Source of the DNA: a virus
Lineage: Duplodnaviria > Caudoviricetes
Length of the DNA stretch: 30,692 nt
Reading direction: 5' to 3' (one strand)
Virus record (IMG/VR): IMGVR_UViG_3300020472_000114
Coordinates: 1 to 30,692 of that record
The notes under the pieces were generated by a model that made no database searches, was not told the DNA's origin, and was given only the letters and a program-made list of their open reading frames with translations. Each line of letters opens with the position of its first letter. The stretch's first letter is position 1. This document shows, piece by piece, positions 8,236-18,800 of this stretch. The translations under genes and the position numbers were made by a program.

Positions 8236-9657
8236 ATGGCTAAAGGAGATAAAACAGTTTTAGCAAAGGCATCAGATCCTGCTATAATATCGACAGTTCT
8301 TGTAGTTTCTAATAAAGATGAGAATCGTGCAGTAGATTTAGCTGGTGGTACTAATATACTTCAGTACTATGAAAGTATATTGGCAGATACTGTAAGAGTT
8401 TCAGTTAACTATACTGATACAGGACATACTGTTAAGTCTGAGGATGATGATACTGTCATGGCAGCAGTGGAAGGTCTTCCTATAGTTGGAACAGAGACTG
8501 TTAAGGTTGTCATTGAGGATAATAATGAAAATGAAATTGATATGGTATTGTATATTAATAAAGTTTCTCCTATAAAAGAAACTTCTAAAGTTAATACTGT
8601 AAATTTAGAGTTAGTATCTAAAGAATTTATTATGAATGAAAAGATAAGAGTTAATACTAGGTTTGATGGGAAGATATCTGATCATGTTACAAAGATTATT
8701 CAGGATATCCCAGAGTATTTTAATACATTTGAGGAAATTGATATAGAAATGACAGATAATAATTATAATTTCATAGGTAATAATAGAAAACCTTTCTTTG
8801 TTTTGAATACATTATCTAAGAAGGCTGTGCCAGATGGAAAACTTGGTAAGAGTGCAGGGTTTTTCTTTTGGCAGACCTCAGAAGGATTTCAATTTAAATC
8901 CATTGATACTTTATTGGATCCAGAAAAGAATCCAATTAAGAAAGCCATATTATATGATAATACTCCTGATAGTCATGGTGCATCTATTCCTCCAGCATAT
9001 GATATGAAAGCTTTGGAATATTCTGAAGATAATAGAGTTAATATAAAAGAAAAAATGTCATTGGGTGCTTATGCTACAAAAATAATTACTTTTGATCCCA
9101 GAACTTGTGAATATAAAGTTACAACCAGAACAGTAAAAGATGAAGGGACTAAAGTTGGTAAAGGTGTTCCGCAAGATGAGGGATCAGAAAATAATTTAAC
9201 AACGGGTGGTGAGGAACTTCCTGTATTGAATCCTATCTTTGATAGAGTGGGATTAGATAAAAATTATTCTAGAACAACTTATTATGTTGAAGATACTGGA
9301 ACTCTTCCTACGGGAACTGGATTAGGTGAGGAACAGCAGCAATTAGATAAGTCAAGGTTACCTAATTTTATTCAATCACAGATTGTCAATCAGTCTGTAA
9401 GGAGGTATAATCAGTTCTATGCCTCTCAAGTAACTATTACCATACCAGGAGACTTTTCACTTCATGCAGGAGATGCTATGTTTGTAGATGCACCAGCTGT
9501 GACTGCAGATAAAAGTAAAGGTGAAGTAAACCAGCGAACTGGTGGTCTATATATTATAACCGATCTTTGTCATTATGTTTCTAGTGATGGAACATATACA
9601 AAATTGAATTTAGTAAGAGACTCTTTTGGTAGACAAGGCACTCCATTAAAAGGTTAA
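8236..9657 (+). CDS. Probable baseplate hub protein (gp27/GPD-like)
   Basis: YYESI..D.V..; LPIVGTE.V..; GFFFWQTSEGFQFKSIDTL; C-terminal ITIPGDFSLHAGD..GGLYIITDLCH..TKLNLVRDSFG pattern typical of hub proteins. It sits between the tape measure and gp5. Confidence 0.6.
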   Translation: MAKGDKTVLAKASDPAIISTVLVVSNKDENRAVDLAGGTNILQYYESILADTVRVSVNYTDTGHTVKSEDDDTVMAAVEGLPIVGTETVKVVIEDNNENEIDMVLYINKVSPIKETSKVNTVNLELVSKEFIMNEKIRVNTRFDGKISDHVTKIIQDIPEYFNTFEEIDIEMTDNNYNFIGNNRKPFFVLNTLSKKAVPDGKLGKSAGFFFWQTSEGFQFKSIDTLLDPEKNPIKKAILYDNTPDSHGASIPPAYDMKALEYSEDNRVNIKEKMSLGAYATKIITFDPRTCEYKVTTRTVKDEGTKVGKGVPQDEGSENNLTTGGEELPVLNPIFDRVGLDKNYSRTTYYVEDTGTLPTGTGLGEEQQQLDKSRLPNFIQSQIVNQSVRRYNQFYASQVTITIPGDFSLHAGDAMFVDAPAVTADKSKGEVNQRTGGLYIITDLCHYVSSDGTYTKLNLVRDSFGRQGTPLKG

Positions 9658-9665
9658 AAAAATTT

Positions 9666-9929
9666 ATGACTATTAAGCACAACTTAGAACATGAGGTCTA
9701 CATTGACCCCAAAGACGGTAAAGAGCATACTAATCATGGTATGCATGAGTACAGTAAGGATGACTTAGAAAACGTTCATGCTGATTATGATGTGTATCAT
9801 AAAGATGATAAAGTAGATAAGAATGAAGGTAAGATTAATGATTATCATACACGTCATGAAGATAGTCATCTAGAAGTTTATTGTGATAATCATCCTGATG
9901 CGGATGAGTGTAAGGTATACGACGATTAA
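9666..9929 (+). CDS. cp12: CP12-family Calvin cycle regulator (auxiliary metabolic gene), His/Asp-rich
   Basis: The C-terminus LEVYCDNHPDADECKVYDD matches the CP12 LExYCxxxPxxxECxxYDx motif. There is no N-terminal Cys pair or AWD_VEEL, as in picocyanobacterial and phage CP12s. Confidence 0.88.
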   Translation: MTIKHNLEHEVYIDPKDGKEHTNHGMHEYSKDDLENVHADYDVYHKDDKVDKNEGKINDYHTRHEDSHLEVYCDNHPDADECKVYDD

Positions 9930-12823
9930 TGGTAGCTGATTCAGGTTTATTCAATCCAGAGTTTTATGGTAATTCGTCCAGGTGGCAAGGACAAATTGCT
10001 GATGATTCTGGGTGGAGAGATAATATTTCTCCTGGTAAAACTGAGAATCCTGAATCAACTAAGGGATGGGGAAGAAGATATAAAGTAAGAATCATGGGTC
10101 TCCATGATAAGTCAGAGGAAAGTATTAGTTCTGATCAACTTCCTTGGGCTCAGGTTGAGATGCCCATTACTGCTGGTGGAGGACAGGCAGGAGCAGCTGC
10201 GACTCCTAACCTCCGTCAAGGAATGTTTGTTTATGGATATTTTCAGGACGGTGCTGAACAGCAAGTACCTATTATTACTGGTGTCTTAGGGCATAATGCC
10301 ACCACAAAATTAGAGCAAAAGATAGGTGAATCCGATACTAATTTTGGACCTATTAGTGGATATGCAGAAGGAAAAGTACCAAAGAATTATAGAACTAAAG
10401 AAGTTGTTCCTAAGTATGATCAGGTAACAGCAAAACCAAAGACAGCATCTGTAGAAAAGGATGCTGAAGTTGCAGCTGCTGTAGGAGATGAGAAGAATTT
10501 AATAAACCAGTTTGGATTAAAGAAAAATTTAGAGGCTACTGCAGAGCAATTAAAAGATATTGCGACTGCTCAATCACAAGCCGATGCATTGGATTTAGTG
10601 GGTGAAGCAAAAGAAATTTTTATTAAGAGTAAAGTCCATCAAGAATTAAGAAACAGAGTAAAGAGAGCAAATTCTCCTATATCACCACCAGTACCAGGTG
10701 CTACTTGTGAAAGTGCTGATGCCCCTCATAGATTAAATGCTGGTCAGGTACAAAGAGAAGATAAGTATAGAGAAAAAGTAGTTGTTGCTAAACCCGATGA
10801 CCCAGTTGATTCATCAATGAAAGCCATGCAAACTATTATTGATACTTTAACTCAGAAAGTTGATAAGTATCAAAAATCATTACAGGGTGGTGGATATATT
10901 GATATGGTTTCTATGAAAAACCCTTTAAGGGATTTGGAAAAAGATATAGCAAATTCTTCTCAAGAGATGTCCAAATATATGAAAGTCCTTACTGACAAGA
11001 TGATGGAGTTTGTTAATAAAACAACTAATAAAGAATTGACTACTGCTGTATCTGCAATGCCATCGAGTATGAGATTTATGTTTGCAGACATGAAAGAGTT
11101 GACAGGGCAGACAACTCATAAAATGTATCTTGATATTGGTAATGATTTGAGTGGTACAATTGGTCCTATATTAAAACAATCATTAAACGTTAATAATATA
11201 TTAGAAACTGCAAAGCAGAGAGCACTTGGTATGGATATGATGGATATCAATCTTCCATTACCTAAGATTGGTGATCTTGCTAATGAGGTTGTAGGTGTTT
11301 TGGATTCAGTAAAGACTAATGTTTCTTTTCCAACTATACCTTCAATAGGAAAGATTGCACCACCAGGAGTTATTAGTGGTAGTGGAACAAAAGAAGATCC
11401 TTGGATTAGTCCTGCTATCGAAGTACAAGGAGATATTCCAATGCCAAAGATAGCACCATTGATGCCTCCAGCTATGCCTCCTCAAAATATTCCTCCTTTA
11501 CCTGAGTGGATTGCACAGTTTGGACCTGAAGAGGGTAAGATTAAATATAAGGAAGCAAAGAAAGGTATAGTCACTTCACAATTACCTCCTGCAATTATAA
11601 CTCCACCAACCAAGGAACAGTTTGAGAAGCAACTCATACAAAATTCTAATACTGATGGTATCGCTGATTTAACAATTAATTCTTCTGTTGAGGTAATAAC
11701 AAAACCTACTGTTCCTATGTGTTATGCAGAGGATGTTGCTGCTAAGGTAATCTATGCACATAGAGAAGCAATTGATGAAGCTAATAATAAAATTCTTGAT
11801 AATATGAATAATTTTATTGAAGATATGCAAACTATGATGAATATTGAACAACCTTCTGATCCTGATGGACTTCCTGGATTAGAACCAGGTGCTATTGTTA
11901 ATATAACTGATGAAGAAGTATTGGATCAGGTTAGAGGTGGTAGTAATTATGTTACTGGTAAAGGAATTGGTATAACATTCTTTAAAAGTATTAATCCAGG
12001 TATTAGTACTTCACCAGGATCTGGAGCTCTTGTTGATATAACAGTATCATCGGGTGGACTTGCTGGTAATCCTACTACTGGTGCAGAACATTTTACATGG
12101 GTTTCTAGGGGAACAGGATATACAAATCAGAATGCTGTTAATTGTAATGGTGGATCAGGGTCAGATATGAAAGTTAATCTAATAACAACTGGTGGCGAAG
12201 TTACAACGATGTTTGTTCATACAACAGGAGAAGGATATCTTGATGGAGAGCAAATGACTATTCAGTCTGGTAATTTTAATGCTAAGTTTAATATTGACAA
12301 GGTTGCAGGTGCTATTGATGCTAATGGTATTAAGATTGCAAAGAATGGTGGTAACTATCAACCAGGAGATGTATTGAAGGTTGATGGTGGTGGATTTGAT
12401 GCAAGTTTTACTCTTACTGCAGTTAATGAGGCACCTCTTCCAAAGAAAAAGGATGCCAAGAAACCAAATCCTATGTCAGGATTGCTTAGTAAATTAAGTG
12501 GTATACAAGGTAATTTAAGTCAGGTATTAAGTTTTCAGAATATGAAGACTGATGTATTTGATTTTGAATTGCCACCTAACCCTGCAGTTTCTGATTTCTA
12601 TCAATTAGCAAGAGGTGGGGCATCTCAAGCAGAGAGTGAACTACCAAGTCTTGCGGCTCTTGCGGAAAATGTTAATGTAGAACAATTTGTTCCTGATGCT
12701 GAACAGGCATTAAGTTTTGTGCAACCATTTAAGGGACAACCAAATATTAATAAGATAGTAGATAAAGTAGGGGATGTGGCAGGTAAATTGGATGATGTAA
12801 AAGATACCTTTGGAATTGGTTAA
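9929..12823 (+). CDS. gp5: gp5-like baseplate hub protein (N-terminal OB domain, no recognisable lysozyme)
   Basis: W.GQI.DD..GWGRRYKVRIMGLH..QLPWAQVEMPITAGGG..QG.FVYGYFQDG.EQQVPIITGVLG is the gp5/VgrG OB-fold pattern. It is followed by a helical region, a Pro-rich segment and G-x-G-Y repeats. Confidence 0.8.
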   Translation: MVADSGLFNPEFYGNSSRWQGQIADDSGWRDNISPGKTENPESTKGWGRRYKVRIMGLHDKSEESISSDQLPWAQVEMPITAGGGQAGAAATPNLRQGMFVYGYFQDGAEQQVPIITGVLGHNATTKLEQKIGESDTNFGPISGYAEGKVPKNYRTKEVVPKYDQVTAKPKTASVEKDAEVAAAVGDEKNLINQFGLKKNLEATAEQLKDIATAQSQADALDLVGEAKEIFIKSKVHQELRNRVKRANSPISPPVPGATCESADAPHRLNAGQVQREDKYREKVVVAKPDDPVDSSMKAMQTIIDTLTQKVDKYQKSLQGGGYIDMVSMKNPLRDLEKDIANSSQEMSKYMKVLTDKMMEFVNKTTNKELTTAVSAMPSSMRFMFADMKELTGQTTHKMYLDIGNDLSGTIGPILKQSLNVNNILETAKQRALGMDMMDINLPLPKIGDLANEVVGVLDSVKTNVSFPTIPSIGKIAPPGVISGSGTKEDPWISPAIEVQGDIPMPKIAPLMPPAMPPQNIPPLPEWIAQFGPEEGKIKYKEAKKGIVTSQLPPAIITPPTKEQFEKQLIQNSNTDGIADLTINSSVEVITKPTVPMCYAEDVAAKVIYAHREAIDEANNKILDNMNNFIEDMQTMMNIEQPSDPDGLPGLEPGAIVNITDEEVLDQVRGGSNYVTGKGIGITFFKSINPGISTSPGSGALVDITVSSGGLAGNPTTGAEHFTWVSRGTGYTNQNAVNCNGGSGSDMKVNLITTGGEVTTMFVHTTGEGYLDGEQMTIQSGNFNAKFNIDKVAGAIDANGIKIAKNGGNYQPGDVLKVDGGGFDASFTLTAVNEAPLPKKKDAKKPNPMSGLLSKLSGIQGNLSQVLSFQNMKTDVFDFELPPNPAVSDFYQLARGGASQAESELPSLAALAENVNVEQFVPDAEQALSFVQPFKGQPNINKIVDKVGDVAGKLDDVKDTFGIG

Positions 12824-12829
12824 TAAATA
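12822..12829 (+). promoter_or_regulatory. Putative late promoter (AATAAATA)
   Basis: Overlaps the gp5 stop codon, only about 5 nt before ATG 12835. Confidence 0.5.
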
Positions 12830-12834
12830 TACTT

Positions 12835-15800
12835 ATGGCAGATACTAAATCTAAATTTAATATTTTTGGTGCAATTACTAAAAATGATATAAAGGTTGGA
12901 TACATATCAACTGATAGGGGATATGTTCAATTGGTTGATCTTTGTGAAGCCAATAGGTATGCTAAGTATAATCCAGATACAACATTTATATTTGAGAATA
13001 GGGATAAAGTATTATACTTAGATATTAATGAGGTTAATGAATTAGAACCTTCTATACTTTTACCAGATGCTACGGCTGCTAATGGTGGATGTGGTGGATT
13101 GCAATTAGAATCTCCATGTAATAATAAAACAGTTGCTAATTTTTATGGTGGTGGTGGAGTTGGTGTAGTTGGTAATCCAGTTATTGGAACTGATGGTGCA
13201 GTATTAGCAGTTGATTTGGTTCATGGTGGATTTGGATATCAGTACCCTCCTATTGTAGAAGTTAAAAATGGTTGTGATATTGGTGATGGATCTCAATTTG
13301 AATCCGTTATATCTGATGACGGATATACAATAAACACTCTCAAATATTATGATGAATGTGGTGGTATAGAAGAGAACCTTCAGTTATGTGATGAAACACC
13401 TGTAGAGAAGGCAGGTTGGGGAAGGATGTTTAATCAAGCAGGTTTAGACATAGGGCCTTGGGATCCATCAAAATATACTGATAATATCTTAGCAAATCCA
13501 ATTGATTTGGAGATGGAAGCTTATAAGAAATCACTTGCTGAATTTAAGAATCCTTTTTGGACTTCAAGAGAACCGATTGGATTGAAAATAACATCTAATG
13601 ATAAAATTACTACGTTAAAGTATGATGTATATCATTGGGCATGGGGTGCAAAAGCAGGAATTAATCCTAAAGGTGAAATTGATAATCTTTATATTAAATT
13701 ATTAGGAAGAAGAGGAGAACCTTCTGGACTAGAATATTGGGAGAACGATAAGGTATATGGAACAAGTCTTGAGAAACTTGAAGTAGGATTTAAACTTCAA
13801 CCTGAGTGGAAACAGGTATGTGAAGGTGAATGTAAACCTGTTATGCCAGATGTGACTTATCTGTCTGGTTCATATTGGGAGTATGATAAAAATAATTTTA
13901 TGAATAAGTATGCCATATCTCCTCTTCCAATGTCTAATGTTCTTGGAGGTGATGGTCAGGGAGAAATGTATTCTATGGTATGGGATATAGATTTTCCAAG
14001 GGATGGTCATTATACTTTTATAGTGCAGTGTGATAATGAAGGAACATTATTTGTTGATGGTGAAAAGCAAAGTGATTATAACATAGGTGCTGGTGGTGCT
14101 GCTGGTAATATATTATCTCCTCCATCTAAAACGATGGTGAAAATGAATAAGGGAATTCACCCAGTCAGATTTGATCTTGTTAATTTAGTAAGCAAAAAGA
14201 GAGTTCTTAAATCAGCAGACGACGGTTCAAACTCTCAAGGTCAAGGTGCTGGAACAGATAATGTAGATTTTAAAGCAGCTATTTCAACATGGCACGGTGC
14301 TACTGCATCTATTGAAGAATTGGATATATATCATGAGAAAAAATTTGGTCCTGAGTCTCCACCACCAAAAGATTTTAATAGAAAGGTTGAGTATGATAGA
14401 ATATATGATGTAGTATTAACAAGTAATACTTTTAGAACCGCATCAATTACGGGTGGTAGTGAAATTACAGTTGTTGGATTATCAAGAGAAGGAAATAAAC
14501 GTTATGCTAGTCCTACAAGACTTGAGTTTGATGATAATTCTGGAAATGGTTGGGATACTAATAGTTCCTTTACTATTGATAATGTTACTGGAGGAACGGC
14601 TAAATTTAATCTAAATGGTGATAAAATTGATTTTAAATCTTCAGGAGATAGTGGTGTTAAAGTTACATTAACTTATGCTTGGAGGGATGATCCTAATGTA
14701 TCAGGTAAAGCATTATATCAAATTAAGATAGGTAATAGTGGTTTTAAATGGGTACAATATGATCAACGTGGAGGTAGTCAAACACATACTATAACTTTGG
14801 GTGGAGTGAGTCAATTGGGAGGTGATGAGTCTGGAAATGTTAAACTAAGAACTAAAGGTGAAAGAGTTCTTCAGATGGAAGACATTCCCCATGTACCTGT
14901 AGAGGATCAAAAAGTTCTTTTTGATGATATAATTTTAACTGCATCTCAGGGAAAATTCTTTGACATAAATGGTAATAAAGCAAAATATACTTTACCTGCA
15001 CCTTTACCTCCAGATAGGGGAACTGAGGATTTAGAAATATTTGATACTCTTTCATTTATAGATAATGGTTCTAGAAAATTATGGAAAACAAAAAATTTAA
15101 GTCCTCAACAGAGAAAAGATAGTGGTAGGAATTTTAAAAATAGATATGGTATAACACCATTTAATCCAACCATTGAGCATGATGCAAATTATCCAGGAGT
15201 TCATACTATTGTCTGGACTAATGTTAAGTTCCCTATAACAGCTGAGTATGATATTACTATTGCTGTTGATGATAATGTAAGATTAAAAATTGGTGATCAA
15301 GTTACCATTCAGAAAGATGGGTTTGCTATAAGAGGTGATAGTAAAACTTATACTGGTACTACTGTTTATAAAAAGAAAGTTAAGGAGGGGACATATACTT
15401 TAACGGCTGAGTTGGAACAAATACCAGGTGGTAAGTATGGAATGGATGCAAATGCAATGGCACTTGCTATTGATATACGGGCTCTTGGTAATATAGAAAC
15501 TGAAATTGAAAAGAAGAGTTGGAATCAGAATCCTTTTGCTGTTGCATTGGCAATTGAAGCACCTCCTCCTTTACCACCAATAAGAGAAATACCTGACGCA
15601 GGTGATGGGGGATGTCCTGAGAATCCAATTTGGTCAACTATGACTCCAGGTTCTAGTATGTCTTGGTATCCTGCTGATAATAAATCTTGGAGTCCATTTA
15701 CAAATAAGTATGCCCTTTCTCCAGTTGCACCTTTAGATATTCCTGGAAGTGATGGTGTTGGTATAGTGTATAAAAATTCTTGGAAAATGACTGCTCCTTA

Positions 15801-18800
15801 TGCAGGATATTATACATTGAAGGGAACAGTAGAGGATGTTGGAAAACTTATTGTTAATGGTACAGAAATTACTGCATTATCTTCACCAACTGAGAAATGT
15901 AAAAAGATACCATCAACAAAAGTATATTTGAGTGAGGGTGTTCATAGTATTGAAGTTGAAGTTGAGAATAAAAAAGATTATGAGACACCTAAGTTCTTTA
16001 TAGATCAGAAGATATTTAATACACAGGATTGGCAGAATGAAATTTCTAGAGCATCAGGTAGAATAAAAGATATTGATTTTAAAATAACTACTTCAACATA
16101 TCACGGTGCTACTGCATCTATAGAAGCGTTAGGAATATATCTTGAGAAACAATTTGGTCCTGAATATGTAGCACCAAAAAGTTTTACTAGATCAGTTGAG
16201 TATGGAAGAATTTATGATGTTATATTAACAAGTAATACTTTTAGGAGTCTAACATCTGGTAGTGGTGAGATTACATATGTTGGAATGAGACTACCCGAAA
16301 ATAAACGTCGGAGTAGTGATACTAGACTTGAGTTTGATGATAATCCTAAGAATGGATTTGATGTTAATGGTTCATTCACTATTGATAATGTTAATGGAGG
16401 AACAGCAAAATTTAATCAAAGTGGTGATAATATTGATATTACGGGAAAGAATGTCGAGGTTACCTTAACTTATACTTGGAATGATAACCCTGATATAGCA
16501 GGTAAAGCTTTAGACCAAATTCAGATTGCTGGTACTACATGGACTCAAAGTACAGAAAATGATTCTAATGGTGATTTAAAATGGATTAAACCTGATGGAA
16601 CATTATCATCCACTGATGGAAAACAAAACCCTTGGGTTCCTGTTGGTCCAGATATTCTTAATGGAATATATGTATACCCATCTAGCACTGAGGCTTTAAC
16701 AGATAAATGGCATATTGGGGATTGGTATATTAATATTACTACTCCAGGAGTTTATACAATTGAGGCTCGTGCTGATGATAGATGCAAAGCTTCTTGGGAT
16801 GATGTAGTACTCTTTGGATCTACGAAAACTAGAACTGTAACAATTGATAATGTAACTGCAGGTATTCATAAGTTATCGGCAGGAGTTTGGAATAAAAGTA
16901 AGTATGGATCTAGTTTTTCTAAAAATCCTGGAGCATTAAGATGGTGGTTAAGAGATTCTAATGGGACAGTGATTGCTAATAGTAGAGATCCTTTTAATGA
17001 TAAAAGTCTACCACGTCGTCTAAATCAAGGTAGTGAAACTCATACTATAACTTTGGGTGTGTCAACTGACCTTGGTGATGATATGACTTTTGCATCTGGA
17101 TCAAATCCAGAAGGTATTAAGTTAAGAACTAAAGGTGATAAGGTTCTTCAGATGGAAGATATTCCTCATGTACCTCTAGAAGATCAAAAGATTCTTTTTG
17201 ATGATGTTATTATGTCTGTATCTGAAGGAAAATTCTTTGGAATAAATGGCAATAAGGCTAAGTATGTACTTCCTGAACTTCACAATACAAAATTAGATAG
17301 AGGTGGTGTTACTTATAAAGGCCCTGCTTTATATAATTACAAATTTAAGGGATATGGAAAATTTTTGAATAAGAATGGAGTTACTCCTGATTATCCTAAG
17401 TTCGGTGGTGGGGAACTTGTTAATTATGAATGGAGTAATGTAGATTTTCCAAAGGAGGCTGAATATGACTTCCATTTTTCTCATGATGCTCATGGGTCAG
17501 TATATTTGGATGGAAAAGAAGTTATAAAAGGAGATTTTGATACTGTGGAAGGTGTTTCTGCACAAGACTCTGCGAATTGGAATCCAGGTATTAAAAGAAA
17601 AATAAAAATAAGTAAAGGAAAGCATACGATAACAGTTGCACCATCTGATGGACGCATAGGGCAGACACAAGGTTGGGCTGATGGATTATTCAAAAAGATA
17701 TCAGATGATTACTATAGAGGGCAGCAAGCATTTGATAATAATCCATCTGCAATGGCACTAGGAATCACAATCAAGACAGAAACTGTTCCTGCTTTTGGAT
17801 CGAAAGAAGAAATATTACAGAGAGGAAAGTCATGGAAAGATAATCCAACAGCCATCTCTGCAATAATGGTTCCACCTCCTTGTCCTCAGAAGATAAAAGG
17901 AAAGGGTGTTGTTGTTGATGTAATTGTTGATGATCCTGGTGGTCCATATCCAACTCCAGAGGAACGACCTGAAGTAAGTTATCCTATTACTCTGAGATTA
18001 AAAGAAGTAATTCCTGATCCACCAGGAATAAATTATGATCCAGGTGATAATCCAACTGTATTTCCACCATATCTAGATCCACCACCATTACCTCCACCCT
18101 TCATATCAACTCCTCCTCCAGGAATACCTCCTACTTCAGTTACTATTACTGGAGATCCTCCAACGATCCCCAGAGGAAAGTGTAGTCTTCTTAGATATAC
18201 TTCTTTTGGTAATAATAAACTTGTAATCGCTCCTGAAGTTGGTGACGTTCCTGTTGTATCTGAAGGAACTGTAAGAGTTTGTCCTAAAAAAACTACTACT
18301 TATTGTATTACTGGTGATGGTGGAGATACTGCATGTACAACAATAGTAGTTATTGATGGAGGTGATGATGATCCACCATTAACACCTTCTACTAGTGATG
18401 AAATTATTGTAGATCCTCCTAATGGAGCTAAATTAACACCAGTATTTGGTCCTCATGGATCAGTTGTTGCTGTTAAGATAGATGATCCTGGTCTTGGATT
18501 TACTAAGTATCCTACAATTAGTATGCCATCTAAGACTGGTGTTGGTGTTGTCTTTAAGCCTCAGTTTGAAATTATAAGAGATCCCTTGGGAGTTCCTCCT
18601 GATAAATTAATACAGGTAACAGATCTTGTTGGATTGAAACAGACTGGTTATGTTGATGGTAGAGCATATTATGGTTCAGTGTTCTTTGATAATGATATTA
18701 AATATGCTGGTATGTATGAAACCATTGGACAAAAGATACGTGTTTATGATACACTAAAAGATAGTATAGATTCTATGGATAGAACAGATCCATCTGCAAT

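Noticed and set aside
9548-9560. TATATATTATAA as a sigma70-type promoter for cp12
   Set aside because: No convincing -35 element, and it is explained by the LYII codons of the hub gene.
14255-17280. Repeat pair as a possible DGR template/variable repeat
   Set aside because: Differences are not adenine-specific, both copies are coding within one ORF, and no reverse transcriptase is present in the window.
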